Assembly: GCA_965222375.1 (NCBI GenBank)
Contig: CBDCTZ010000016.1
Location: 960,001 to 1,024,000 of the forward strand
Direction: 5' to 3'
Length of the DNA stretch: 64,000 bases
DNA from: Polyangiaceae bacterium
Lineage (GTDB): Bacteria; Myxococcota_A; Polyangia; Polyangiales; Polyangiaceae
Position numbers and translations under genes: made by a program. Shown here in pieces: positions 50,665 to 61,536 of the stretch (the stretch's first letter is position 1; every line of letters starts with the position of its first letter). The notes beneath the pieces were generated by a model. The model was not told the DNA's origin, searched no databases, and saw nothing but the letters and a program-made list of their open reading frames with translations.

Positions 50665-52002
50665 ATGAACGTCCGAGCTTTTCGCAGCTGGCTGGTCGCT
50701 GTCTGCGTGCTGTGCTTCCCGCTGATCGCCCAAGCTCAGGCGACTTGGGAAGACGCGCCGCCGGATGGCCCCACTGAGCTCGAGGTCGATCAGAGCTCGG
50801 GCATGACCGCGGACGCAGCGGGCGATGCCGAGGCCGGGGCGAACTACTCGGCGAGTGGTGATGTTGGATACAACGATCGAGATCCGCGCGCGCTGACGGA
50901 CTTCTCCGCGGAGTTGAAGCCCTACGGCTACTGGCGCAATGACCCGACCTACGGAACCGTGTGGGTCCCGTACAAGCGGGCTGTGGGCAAGGACTTCAAG
51001 CCTTACGTCACGAACGGTCATTGGGCCCAGGCGGAAGATGGCGAGTGGATTTGGGTGAGCAACTACCCATTTGGTTGGGTGGTGTTTCACTACGGGCGCT
51101 GGGTCTGGGTCCGTGGCACCGGCTGGGCTTGGATCCCCGGGCGCGAGTACTCCCACGCTTGGGTGGTTTGGCGCGTTCCAGATCCCGGCGTCTACTATGT
51201 GGGTTGGGCGCCGATGCCCCCCGACTACATCTGGGTCAATGGCGTAGCCGTCGGTGTCGGATTTGGTGTGTACACGGCCTGGGTGTTTTGTCCGAGCCGG
51301 TACGCGTACAGCTACCACTTACACACCCACATCGTGCACGATCATCACCACGTGCGCTATCTGGGCGCCCACACTCATCACTATCACGCTCATGGTCGGC
51401 CCCGTTATGTTGGCCCGAGGCCGAAGCAAGCTCGCATCCCCGCGCGAGCGGTGCCGAGCAAACGCGTCGCCGCCAATCCAAAGGCCGTCGCCGCCTCGAG
51501 GCCCTCAGGGCCATCAGCGCGGCGGGGTTTCGCGGGCGCTCGTCGCGGCCCGCCGCGCTCGTCGCCTCGTCTTCGCGGTGTGAAGAGCCTGGGCAGCAAC
51601 GCCGCACCCGCAGGGCGGCGTCGTGCTCCGCGGGCCGTGCCGCGGGGGCCGACGCCTATGCGAAACTATCGAGCCGCGCCCCCGTCTCGTCGCAGTTCGG
51701 TGACGCCGCAACGGCGCTACGTGCCGAAGTCACGTCGTGCGGGCCCGCCCCAACGGCGCTACGTGCCGAAATCTCGTCGCGCCGCGCCTCAGCGGCGCTA
51801 TGCGCCGAAATCCAACGCCGCGCCCAAGCGAGTGAAGCGAACCAAGGTTTCGCCTAGAGCGCCGCAGACCCGCTCGGCTCCCCGACGCTCGTCGCCCCCT
51901 TCCGTTCGCAGGGCGCCGCCGCGTACGGTACAACCCTACAAGCCCCCCACGCCCAAGCGGCGGGCTCCGTCCCGTTCCAGAGCCCGCTCTCGGCGCCGCT
52001 GA
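50665..52002 (+). CDS. DUF6600-like exported protein with Arg/Pro-rich tail
   Basis: LKPYGYW...GTVWVP...PFGWVVFHYGRW; basic tail with three PQRRY(V/A)PKS repeats. Confidence 0.8.
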   Translation: MNVRAFRSWLVAVCVLCFPLIAQAQATWEDAPPDGPTELEVDQSSGMTADAAGDAEAGANYSASGDVGYNDRDPRALTDFSAELKPYGYWRNDPTYGTVWVPYKRAVGKDFKPYVTNGHWAQAEDGEWIWVSNYPFGWVVFHYGRWVWVRGTGWAWIPGREYSHAWVVWRVPDPGVYYVGWAPMPPDYIWVNGVAVGVGFGVYTAWVFCPSRYAYSYHLHTHIVHDHHHVRYLGAHTHHYHAHGRPRYVGPRPKQARIPARAVPSKRVAANPKAVAASRPSGPSARRGFAGARRGPPRSSPRLRGVKSLGSNAAPAGRRRAPRAVPRGPTPMRNYRAAPPSRRSSVTPQRRYVPKSRRAGPPQRRYVPKSRRAAPQRRYAPKSNAAPKRVKRTKVSPRAPQTRSAPRRSSPPSVRRAPPRTVQPYKPPTPKRRAPSRSRARSRRR

Positions 52003-52013
52003 AGTGACCACCA

Positions 52014-52600
52014 TGTCCACCCAACTTGCCACCATCCTACGCACTGCCCCACAGCTGGCTCTGACCGGTGTGCTCATGGCTTTCGGCCTGGGCTGCCAAT
52101 ACGAGGATCGACCCGAGGGCAAATCGGGAACCCACTTCGGCCACCCGCCCAAGAAGGAAATCACGCTGGCCACCATCGATACCGGTGCGACCCTGGCGTC
52201 GATCGAGCCGGGCAAAGGTGTCGGGGTGTTCGTGGAGTACCAAGCCGGCGGCATTTGGCGAGTGACCACTGCCTGCGACACGGAAATCTCCGACGTGACC
52301 TGCCTCTTCGACATCATCGTCGGCACGGAAAAGACCTCGCAGCTCATCGATTTCGCGCCCGAAGAGCTCGAAAGCTCCGACTACCTGGATTGGGCAGCGT
52401 CGAACGAGGTGCGCATGGTCAACGACAACTCCTTCGGCCTCGATGGCATGCAGGTGACGACCGAACCCGGGGTCACGCTTCGCGTGGACGTGTTCTTGGA
52501 CGACAACCCCGAGCCGCGCTTCATCTACTGGGTCGGCAACGGCGGCCTGCACCGGGGCGCGCCGACCAACCCCATCGATCTGTCGCCGAGCGCACCCTAG
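52014..52600 (+). CDS. Hypothetical acidic lipoprotein
   Basis: Lipobox GLGC; follows the previous gene closely; start is 52004 or the next in-frame ATG, so approximate. Confidence 0.7.
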
Positions 52601-52898
52601 CCGCGCGCTGCGCGTCCACGTTGTTTGTAGCAGAGGGTGTGCGCTTCCTGCGTGCGCGACTGATCGGACGCCAGGCTTGCACGCGCAACGGACACCGATT
52701 CGCAGGCGTTCTGCGCACTTCCGCGCACATCGGCACACATTCCCTCGGCTCAGAAATCGGGGTGCCCATGCTCGACCAAACGCGCGGCCCCTGGACATGA
52801 GTAGAGCGCCGCACCAAGTGCTCCGCCGGCCCCGTCGCCCAGAGTTGAGCTTCAAGGGTGTCGCCGGGCATCCGTTCTCTCGTGTTGGAGGTTTCGCC

Positions 52899-54833
52899 TT
52901 GGCCCAACCAGACAACAACGGCCGTTCCATTAGGACTGACGTTCCGTCGGCCACTGAAGCTGGCTCGTACGAGCAGCTTCAGACCTTGGTAGCGAGCGCT
53001 CTCGACGGAATCATCACCATCAATGCGGAGGGAGTAGTCCAGCAGGTCAACCCAGCGGCCGCTGAGATGTTTGGTCACGACGCGGACGTGCTCGTTGGTG
53101 AAAGAGTGGAAGTGCTCATGCCGCCTGCTGAGGCTGAGGCGCATGCTGGCTACATCAAGCGCTATCTTGCCACCGGTAAGAAGAGCGTCATCAACTTGCG
53201 TCGCAAGGTAGAGGGACGCAGAGCAGACGGCACGCATTTTCCACTAGAGCTCACCGTAGCGGAGACTGGCGACAAGGATGGCAGGCGTTTCACCGCGTTC
53301 CTCCGGGACCTCTCGAGACTGGAAGCTCATGAACAGCGTTTCCAGACACTGGTCGATGCGCTGCCAGATGGCGTGGTGATTCATCGTCAAGGGCGCATCG
53401 TTTATGCCAACCGTGCGCTGGTCACGATGCTGGGTCGAGTGGAGCAGGAAGAACTGATCGACCAGCACGTACTAGACGTGCTGGTGCACGCCGACGATCG
53501 CGAGAAGGTGGCGGCCCGGATTGCAGATGAAACGCATGAGACACGGTGGCCGATAACGACACTGCGCGCGCTGCGTAAAGACGGGTCCACGTGCCAATTG
53601 GAGGCGACCGCGATTCGCGTTGAGTTCCAGAGCGTTCCCTCTAACGTTGTCGTTCTCCGCGACGTTGGTGAGCGCGAGGAGCTTCGACGTCGTATGATCC
53701 ACACGGAGAGAATGGCTTCTGTTGGGACGCTTGCAGCCGGCATCGGACACGAAATCAACAACCCGCTAACCTATATTGTCGGCAATCTGGAATTCGCGTT
53801 GACGGAGCTACAGGAAATCGCGGGTACGTCCCCATCCGTCCGAGTGCAACAGCTGATCGAAGCTTTGACCGAGGCACGAACTGGCGCGGAACGAGCCCGG
53901 CGCATTGTGGGCGATCTGGCGGCATTCTCGCGGCGCCGGGATGCAGATGAGGTGGTTCCCATTGATGTCAACGCCGCCCTGGAGATTTCACTCAACATGA
54001 CTCGCACGGAGCTCCGCCACCGTGCTCGCGTTCGCCGGGATTTCGGGTGCATCGGCTTGGTGCTTGCGGACGAAACGTCGCTCGTTCAGGTCTTTGTCAA
54101 CCTGCTCACCAACGCGGCCCACGCCATCGAACCGGGCGCCGCAGATGACAATGAGATCTGCGTTTCTTCCAGAAAAGAGGGTGCCGAGGTCGTGGTCGAA
54201 GTCCGGGACACCGGCAAGGGCATTCCGAAGAGCCAACTCGATCGAGTCTTCGATCCCTTCTTCACCACCAAACCGCAGGGCGTTGGAACCGGGCTCGGTC
54301 TCTCGATCAGCTATGGAATTATCGATCGGCTCGGCGGACGGCTTTCCCTCGAGAGTAGGGAAGGCGAAGGTACGGTCGCTACAGTGTCCATTCCCGTCAG
54401 TGATGTCGGGCCGGAGAGCGTTCCTAGTATCTATTCCGATACTCGCGCTCGGGACCGCAAGGGCCACGGCCGGATTCTCCTGGTGGACGACGACAGAGTC
54501 GTGGCCAAGGCGATTCGGCGGATGCTGGATGGATACGCCGTGGAGATCGCGAAGAGCGGGCCGGCAGCGCTTCAGCTCGTGGAGAACGAGCTCTTTGATG
54601 TCGTGATTTGCGACATGATGATGCCAGAGATGACCGGAGCGCAGTTCCACAACCTATTAGCCAAACAGAATCCAGGTTTGGCTGAACGGACCATCTTCAT
54701 TACAGGTGGCGCGCTCGTTGCCGAATTGCAGTCTTTCCTGCAAAAGGTGGATTGTCCCACGCTGCAGAAACCTTTCGACTCTAGGAGTTTGCGCGCGGTC
54801 GTTCGAGGGCTCGTCGCCACTTGTCGCGACTGA
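52899..54833 (+). CDS. Hybrid histidine kinase PAS-PAS-HisKA-HATPase-REC
   Basis: AGIGHEINNPL, FDPFFTTK...GTGLGL, LLVDDD/CDMMMP/KPF; TTG start after GGAGG inferred. Confidence 0.92.
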   Translation: MAQPDNNGRSIRTDVPSATEAGSYEQLQTLVASALDGIITINAEGVVQQVNPAAAEMFGHDADVLVGERVEVLMPPAEAEAHAGYIKRYLATGKKSVINLRRKVEGRRADGTHFPLELTVAETGDKDGRRFTAFLRDLSRLEAHEQRFQTLVDALPDGVVIHRQGRIVYANRALVTMLGRVEQEELIDQHVLDVLVHADDREKVAARIADETHETRWPITTLRALRKDGSTCQLEATAIRVEFQSVPSNVVVLRDVGEREELRRRMIHTERMASVGTLAAGIGHEINNPLTYIVGNLEFALTELQEIAGTSPSVRVQQLIEALTEARTGAERARRIVGDLAAFSRRRDADEVVPIDVNAALEISLNMTRTELRHRARVRRDFGCIGLVLADETSLVQVFVNLLTNAAHAIEPGAADDNEICVSSRKEGAEVVVEVRDTGKGIPKSQLDRVFDPFFTTKPQGVGTGLGLSISYGIIDRLGGRLSLESREGEGTVATVSIPVSDVGPESVPSIYSDTRARDRKGHGRILLVDDDRVVAKAIRRMLDGYAVEIAKSGPAALQLVENELFDVVICDMMMPEMTGAQFHNLLAKQNPGLAERTIFITGGALVAELQSFLQKVDCPTLQKPFDSRSLRAVVRGLVATCRD

Positions 54834-54921
54834 GCGCGGCGCTCGTTGCCGATTCGAGCTCGTCGCCCGATGAGTTAAACTTCTTGCAGGCAGCGCGGTT
54901 CGAAACCGCCACTTCTGCGCA

Positions 54922-57171
54922 TCAATCCGTACTGCGCCGGCTGCGCTTCTCCCGCTTCTTCTTCTTCTTCTTGCCTTTGCGGCGCAGCTTTTCGAAGGCG
55001 TCGTCGGGCCTCGGAGCGGCGAGCATCTGCCTGGCGAGCACGTGTTCCGGCTCTCGCGCCCGCTCTCGCGCTTGATCCATGAACTCCATCTGGCTGCGCA
55101 CGGGCGTGCCCGTGGAGGCGGCGCGGCGGTAGCGGCCCAGGGAGTCCAGCAGCCAGCCGTTCTGGGTATCGGCGGCCATGGTGCCCAAGATCCCCTCCCG
55201 TACTCGAGCCTTCAGGTCCTCGTCCAAGATCGGAAACATCACTTCCACCCGGCGGCGGAAATTGCGGGGCATCCAGTCCGCGCTGGAAAAGAAGACCTCG
55301 GGCTCGCCGCCGTTTTCGAATTCGAAGATGCGTGAGTGCTCCAGGAAGCGGTCGATGACTGCGTGCACGGTGATGTTATCGCTCACGCCGGGGAGCCCAG
55401 GTCGAAGGCAGCAGATGCCGCGCACCATCATCTGCACCTTCACGCCAGCCTGAGATGCTGCGTAAAGCGCAGCAATCACGTCGGCGTCGACCAAAGAATT
55501 CATCTTCGCGACGATTCGCGCCGGGCGCCCCGCCCCGGCATGGGCCGCCTCTCGACGAATCAACCCGAGAATGGCCTCGTGAAGCCCAAGGGGCGCCACG
55601 ATGAAGCGCTTCCACTTGGCTGGGGCGCTGTAGCCCGTCAGCAGATTGAACAGGGCGGTTGCGTCTTCGCCGAACTCCTCGCGGGCTGTGAACAGAGACA
55701 CGTCCGTGTATAGGCGCGCGGTCTGCTGATTGTAGTTACCCGTCGCCAGATGCACGTAGCGGCGCAGCCCAGTCTTTTCCTTGCGCACCACGAGCAAGAC
55801 CTTGGCGTGGGTTTTCAGGCCCAGCAGCCCATACATGACGTTCACGCCGGAGCGCTCCAGGGCGCGCGCCCATTGGATGTTGCTTGCTTCATCGAAGCGA
55901 GCTTTGAGCTCGACCACGGCGGTAACCTGCTTGCCCTGTTCGGCGGCGCGCTGCAGCGCGTGCACCAGCGGGGACTCACCACCCGTACGGTACAGCGTCT
56001 GCTTGATAGCCAGTACGTTGGGATCTTCCGCCGCCTGGGACAAGAAGTCGATCACCGCCTCGAAGGACTCGTAGGGGTGATGCAGCAGGATGTCCCCGTC
56101 CTGGATGGTCTCGAAGAAGTCGTCGGAGTCCCGGAGCGGCGGCACGTAGACGGGAGCGTAGGGCTCGTCTCGCAACTTCTTGCGGTCGTCGCCGGAAACC
56201 ATGACCGTCATGTCTCCAAGGAATAGCGGCCCGTCCACCCGATACACGTCTTCTTCCGGATGAATGTCCAGCTCTTGGCAAAGCCACTGGATTGAGTCGT
56301 CAGGAGCGTTGTTGGTCACGCTCAGACGTACCGCGTGGCCCCGTTCGCGGCGCCTGAGCTCCGCCTGCAAGGACAGCAGCAGGTCTTCCGCCTCGTCCTC
56401 GTCGATCTCGATGTCGAAGTTGCGGGTAACGCGGAAGGCGTAGCTGCCAGTGATCACCATCTGCGGAAAGATCATTGCTTGATGACGCAAGATCAGATCT
56501 TCCAGCGCGACAAAAGCGCGACGGAAATCCTTGAAGGGAACCCGCATCAATCGGGGCAGGCTCGTTGGTACTTGCACCACGCCAAACGAAGGCTCGCTGC
56601 TGTGCTCTGCGGAAGCGAACAGGAAGCCCACGTTGATGCTTTTGTTGCGCACGTGCGGGAAGGGGTGCACCGGGTCGATTGCGATCGGCGTGAGCACCGG
56701 AAAGATATCTCGCCGGAAATGGTCGTCGAGCTCTCTCAGGTCTTCTTCAGCGAGTTCGTCGGGCTTGACCAGGGTGATTCCCGCGTCCCGCAGTCCGGGC
56801 AGCACACCATCGTTCCAAGTGGCGTAGCACTCGCGCATCAGCTCATGGGCGCGAGCGGAAATGGCGCTGAGCTGCTCTTCCGCATCCATCCCGTCTGGGG
56901 CGACCTCTTCGATTTCGCCGTGCAACTGGGCTTGCAGGCCAGCAACCCGGACCATGAAGAACTCGTCCAAATTGCTTGCGAAGATCGCAAGGAACTTCAA
57001 CCGCTCGTACAGAGGTACTCGCTCCGAGCCCGCTTCTGAGACCACACGCGCGTTGAACTCCAACCAAGAAAGCTCTCGGTTGATGTACAGCTCCGGAGCG
57101 AGCAGGTTTTCTTGCGGCGGTCGGGCCGATTGAACGGTTGCGGTTGCTTCTTCGGGGATCGCGGAAGTCAT
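54922..57171 (-). CDS. ppk1: Polyphosphate kinase 1
   Basis: INRELSWLEFN, NLDEFFMVRVAGL, LHHPYESF, ELKARFDE, LKTHAK, SADWMPRN. Confidence 0.97.
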   Translation of the reverse strand: MTSAIPEEATATVQSARPPQENLLAPELYINRELSWLEFNARVVSEAGSERVPLYERLKFLAIFASNLDEFFMVRVAGLQAQLHGEIEEVAPDGMDAEEQLSAISARAHELMRECYATWNDGVLPGLRDAGITLVKPDELAEEDLRELDDHFRRDIFPVLTPIAIDPVHPFPHVRNKSINVGFLFASAEHSSEPSFGVVQVPTSLPRLMRVPFKDFRRAFVALEDLILRHQAMIFPQMVITGSYAFRVTRNFDIEIDEDEAEDLLLSLQAELRRRERGHAVRLSVTNNAPDDSIQWLCQELDIHPEEDVYRVDGPLFLGDMTVMVSGDDRKKLRDEPYAPVYVPPLRDSDDFFETIQDGDILLHHPYESFEAVIDFLSQAAEDPNVLAIKQTLYRTGGESPLVHALQRAAEQGKQVTAVVELKARFDEASNIQWARALERSGVNVMYGLLGLKTHAKVLLVVRKEKTGLRRYVHLATGNYNQQTARLYTDVSLFTAREEFGEDATALFNLLTGYSAPAKWKRFIVAPLGLHEAILGLIRREAAHAGAGRPARIVAKMNSLVDADVIAALYAASQAGVKVQMMVRGICCLRPGLPGVSDNITVHAVIDRFLEHSRIFEFENGGEPEVFFSSADWMPRNFRRRVEVMFPILDEDLKARVREGILGTMAADTQNGWLLDSLGRYRRAASTGTPVRSQMEFMDQARERAREPEHVLARQMLAAPRPDDAFEKLRRKGKKKKKKREKRSRRSTD

Positions 57172-57355
57172 CGTCGCTTTCAAACAGTGCTCCCGGACTG
57201 TAGCGCGGCGCGAGTGATGGGATGGACCTGATTGACGGATGTCATTAGAACGCTACCCGGCTGACCGCTGCAGAAAAACGCCTGCAAATCCAAGGGGTTG
57301 CAAATTGGGCGTAGCCCAACGCTGCGAACCTCGGCAGTTGGCCTACCCTTGGGGC

Positions 57356-58585
57356 GTGCGCGGACTCCATTGCACTGCCTTCTTTGTCTCTTTTTCGCTG
57401 CTGGTTGCAGGTGCCTGCAGTTCGTCGGATCCACCCGTGGTGGTCTCGAGTCTCGACTCCGGAACTGGAGGGGGCGGCGGCCTATCCGATGCGAGTGCCA
57501 GCGGTGGTTCACCTGCAGATGCCGCTGTTGATGGCATCGCAGACTCCGGCGATCCGGATTCACCCGTGGCCCCGGTGAAGCTCGGGATGCGGGCGTCGCC
57601 GCCCACGTCCGAAACCGGTAGTTCCCCGGCGGAGGATCTGCTGGCAGATCTGGCCGTGCTGTCTGCTGGCTCGCGCGCTGGCATCGTGCACGCACGCTGG
57701 GATGAGCTGTTCGACGGTGCCAGCTCCCCTGTGTCCGCGCGCTGGGCGGCGCTTTCCGCCAAAGCCAACGTGTACGGCAAAGCTGGTGCAACGGTCGTGG
57801 CCTGCCTCAGCGTCGTTGACCGAGCCCAGGCTGCTCGACCCATGGGGGTCGATGGCGCGTGGAACTCGTCGGTGAATCTGAAAGCTGGCGAGCTCCTCGT
57901 CGACCAAGCGTTCTCCCACTTCGGAGACGAACTGGGCGTGCTGTCCCTGGGCGTCGAGGTCGACCGCTACCTGACGAAGTCCTCGGCAGCAGAGAGAAAA
58001 GAGCTGGTGGCCTTCGTTGGGCACGTCTTCGACTACGCACGAAAGCACCCGGGCCGCCCGTCCAACCTTCAGGTGGGCATCGGATTCAACCTCGCTGCGG
58101 TCGTTGCGCCTGCGCAGCCCGAGGTTCGGGAGTTAGTGGATACTGGAGACGTAGCGGTTGTGAGCTATGTTCCCTTGGAGCCTGGGTTCAGGGTGGCCGC
58201 TGCAACGAGCCCCTTGGCCGACCTCGACGTCCTTGCGGACGCTGTCGCCAGTGAAACCTCGCCGCCGCTGCCCATCGTCTTTCAAGAAGTCGCGTTGCCG
58301 TCCTCACCGGACGTTCAGAGCAGCGAGGCCAAACAGGCAGCGTTTCTTGACTCGTTTTTCAAGGCTCTGGCCTCGCGGAGGCATCGCCACCCCATTGTCA
58401 TCGCGGCTGCTCTGCACGACGGCCCTCAGAAGGAATGCCAGCAGAACGCGGCGTCCGCAGAGAATCCCCCATCCCCCGCGGCGATTGCGGCGCACTGCAC
58501 GCGGGGGGTGCGTTCGGAAACGGGCTTGGTAAAACCTGCGCAAACCAAGGTTTTCGAGGCTCTGGCGGCGTTTTCCACGCCGTGA
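57356..58585 (+). CDS. Lipoprotein with glycoside-hydrolase-like TIM-barrel features
   Basis: Lipobox AGAC; LGVEVD, VSYVP, IVFQEVALPS; GTG start inferred. Confidence 0.6.
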   Translation: MRGLHCTAFFVSFSLLVAGACSSSDPPVVVSSLDSGTGGGGGLSDASASGGSPADAAVDGIADSGDPDSPVAPVKLGMRASPPTSETGSSPAEDLLADLAVLSAGSRAGIVHARWDELFDGASSPVSARWAALSAKANVYGKAGATVVACLSVVDRAQAARPMGVDGAWNSSVNLKAGELLVDQAFSHFGDELGVLSLGVEVDRYLTKSSAAERKELVAFVGHVFDYARKHPGRPSNLQVGIGFNLAAVVAPAQPEVRELVDTGDVAVVSYVPLEPGFRVAAATSPLADLDVLADAVASETSPPLPIVFQEVALPSSPDVQSSEAKQAAFLDSFFKALASRRHRHPIVIAAALHDGPQKECQQNAASAENPPSPAAIAAHCTRGVRSETGLVKPAQTKVFEALAAFSTP

Positions 58586-58651
58586 CTCAAGCACCCCCCA
58601 GGGAGCCTGTTATCCTCAACCCCCTGAAGCACCCGCGACCAGAAGGACCCA

Positions 58652-60757
58652 ATGAGCGACAGTGAATTTTCCACGCCCAGCGACCAAGGCAAGAAGGAGA
58701 GCGGAAGCAGCATGCTCGGCACGATCGCTGCCATGCAGGACTATGACCGCTATCGAGATCTGTCTTGGGAAGGGAGCTTCGAGGACTACCTGAACCTCGT
58801 TCGTCAGCGTCCGCAGATCACGCGCAACGCGTTTCAGCGCGTGTACGACATGGTCATTTCCTACGGGACGGAAGAGTACATCGACAACAAGAAGAAGTTG
58901 GTTCGCTACAACTTCTTTCAGGACGAGGGTGACAAGGGCAAAGACGCCATCTTCGGCCTCGACATCCCGTTGATGCGCTTGATGAACGTGCTCAAGGCTG
59001 CGGCAGAAGCCTACGGTCCCGAAAAGCGCGTCATTCTGCTTCACGGTCCGGTGGGCTCGAGCAAGTCCACCATAGCGCGCCTGCTGAAGAAAGGTTTGGA
59101 GCGATATTGCGCAACTCCCGAAGGCGCTCTCTATACCTTCCGTTGGATCAACCTGAAGAACACGGGTCTGGCTAGTGGGGATGCGGACATTTTCGACTCC
59201 CCCATGAACGAGGATCCCCTCAAGCTGATCCCCGCAGACTGGCGGGCCGAAGGGATCGAGAAGCTCGGCCTATCCAATGAGAACTTCAAGGTGCGGGTCT
59301 CTGGCGACCTGGATCCAGCTAGCCGCTTCATCTTCAAGAACCTGATGCAGCGCTACGAGGGCGACTGGGGCAAGGTGGTGGAGAACCACATCCGCGTGCG
59401 CCGCCTGCTGCTCTCCGAGCAAGACCGGGTCGGCATCGGCACTTTCCAACCCAAAGACGAGAAAAACCAGGACTCCACGGAGCTCACGGGCGACATCAAC
59501 TATCGCAAGATCGCTGAATACGGCTCGGACTCGGACCCTCGAGCCTTCAACTTCGACGGTGAGTTCAACGTGGCCAATCGCGGCATCATCGAATTCGTCG
59601 AGGTGCTCAAGCTAGACGTCGCGTTCTTGTACGATTTGCTCGGCGCGTCTCAGGAGCATCGCATCAAGCCCAAGAAGTTCGCGCAGACAGACATTGACGA
59701 GCTGATCATCGGGCACACCAACGAAGCCGAGTACAAGCGCCTGTTGAACAACGAGTTCATGGAAGCGCTTCGCGACCGCACCATCAAGATCGACATCCCG
59801 TACATCACGAAGCTTTCCGACGAGATCCAGATCTACGAAAAGGACTTCAGCCAACTGCGGGTCAAGGGCAAGCATATCGCGCCCCACACTCTGGAAGTAG
59901 CGGCCATGTGGGCAGTGCTCTCGCGGCTCGAAGATCCCAAGAAGCACAACCTGCAGCTGATCCAGAAGATGAAGCTCTACGACGGTAAGGTGCTTCCGGG
60001 CTACACCCAGGACACGGTCAAGGAGCTGCGCAAGGAATCCAAGCGCGAAGGCATGGAAGGCGTCAGCCCCCGCTACGTGCAGGACAAGATCAGTAACGCG
60101 CTGGTGAGCGACGCCGGCGAAGGCACCATCAACCCCTTCATGGTGTTGAACGAGCTCGAAAAGGGCCTGACCCACCACTCCCTCATCACCAACGACGAGC
60201 AGCGCAAGCGCTTCCGGGATCTGATCGGTGTGGTGAAGCGCGAATACGAAGAAATCGTCAAGAACGAGGTGCAGCGCGCCATCAGTGCCGACGACGAAGC
60301 TCTCAACAAGGTCGCGGCGAACTACATCGACAACATCAAGGCCTACACCCTCAAAGAGAAGGTCAAGAATAAGTACACCGGCCAGGACGAAGAGCCCGAT
60401 GAGCGCCTGATGCGGTCCATCGAGGAAAAGATCGACATCCCCGACAACCGCAAAGACGATTTCCGCCGCGAAATCATGAACTACATCGGCGCCCGGGCAG
60501 TCGAAGGCAAAAAGTTCGACTGGCAAACCAACGATCGCCTACGCCGGGCCCTCGAGCTCAAGCTGTTCGAAGACCAAAAAGACAGCATCAAGCTCAAAAC
60601 CCTCGTCTCCAGCGTCGTCGACAAAGAGACGCAGGAGAAGATCGACATCATCAAGAGCCGCCTCATGCGTTACTTCGGTTACAACGAAGTCAGCGCCACC
60701 GACGTCCTCAACTACGTTGCGAGCATCTTCGCCCGTGGTGATGCGAAGAAGGAGTAG
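58652..60757 (+). CDS. prkA: PrkA/YeaG-family serine protein kinase (AAA+)
   Basis: [50 protein letters not shown]. Confidence 0.95.
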   Translation: MSDSEFSTPSDQGKKESGSSMLGTIAAMQDYDRYRDLSWEGSFEDYLNLVRQRPQITRNAFQRVYDMVISYGTEEYIDNKKKLVRYNFFQDEGDKGKDAIFGLDIPLMRLMNVLKAAAEAYGPEKRVILLHGPVGSSKSTIARLLKKGLERYCATPEGALYTFRWINLKNTGLASGDADIFDSPMNEDPLKLIPADWRAEGIEKLGLSNENFKVRVSGDLDPASRFIFKNLMQRYEGDWGKVVENHIRVRRLLLSEQDRVGIGTFQPKDEKNQDSTELTGDINYRKIAEYGSDSDPRAFNFDGEFNVANRGIIEFVEVLKLDVAFLYDLLGASQEHRIKPKKFAQTDIDELIIGHTNEAEYKRLLNNEFMEALRDRTIKIDIPYITKLSDEIQIYEKDFSQLRVKGKHIAPHTLEVAAMWAVLSRLEDPKKHNLQLIQKMKLYDGKVLPGYTQDTVKELRKESKREGMEGVSPRYVQDKISNALVSDAGEGTINPFMVLNELEKGLTHHSLITNDEQRKRFRDLIGVVKREYEEIVKNEVQRAISADDEALNKVAANYIDNIKAYTLKEKVKNKYTGQDEEPDERLMRSIEEKIDIPDNRKDDFRREIMNYIGARAVEGKKFDWQTNDRLRRALELKLFEDQKDSIKLKTLVSSVVDKETQEKIDIIKSRLMRYFGYNEVSATDVLNYVASIFARGDAKKE

Positions 60758-60815
60758 GGGGCGCCCGGGTCGGCCGCGCTCCGGGCGAGCGCGGCCAGCG
60801 GTCGATGGATTGCGC

Positions 60816-61247
60816 TCAGCGGGCGCGGCCGTAAACCAGCCAGAGAAGCGCCGTCGCCACCACCGCCGTTCCGCCGCCTACGACCAGGCTGGGCGTCAGC
60901 GGCGTGAAGCCGCCTAAGTACATGCCCAAGCCTCCAGCTGCGCCGGTGAGGCCACAGGTGCTCGCGATCTTCCAGAAACTGATTGCGTGTGATGTCACAG
61001 GCTCGTCCGCGCGCGCCAACACCACATCGAACGCTTGGGTCGATGATGGGGTCACGCGGATTTCGTGCCATGCGTCAGCGAAGGAAAAGCGGTAGCGAAA
61101 CACGCTCCCGAAGGCTTTGCGCACCAGTCGCGTCGGCACAGGCTCGCCGTCGATTCGCAGGCTCGCCTTGTCCGTGAGCGGGTTGTGAACGAACTCAATC
61201 GCATGTGCGCGGTCGTTGGCGGCTAGGGAGAAGCAGTGAGTAGCCAT
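60816..61247 (-). CDS. Hypothetical protein with two C-terminal TM segments
   Basis: Small beta-rich N-domain and hydrophobic C-terminus. Confidence 0.55.
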   Translation of the reverse strand: MATHCFSLAANDRAHAIEFVHNPLTDKASLRIDGEPVPTRLVRKAFGSVFRYRFSFADAWHEIRVTPSSTQAFDVVLARADEPVTSHAISFWKIASTCGLTGAAGGLGMYLGGFTPLTPSLVVGGGTAVVATALLWLVYGRAR

Positions 61248-61536
61248 GGCGGAAGGCCTAGCAGTTTGCGAACGGGCCGCAGAGCCTTCAGCGTGCCTCC
61301 GGGCCGATGTCGCCGTCACGGACGAGATGGCGCGTGGGTGCCGCCCGGGAAAATCCTGCGCGAATCGGAGACACGCATGAATCGGGCGCTGCGCGATTCA
61401 TCTGTTCGGCTCACGGGTTCGCTGCCCATGGGGGGCGTCCTGGCAGGTCCCGCTTCGGCTCCTGCTGGTGCCCGCTGCGTTGGCCTGTGGCATCATGGTG
61501 GGCGGCCGATGGCCGCGTGGAGGGAGAGTGAGTGTG

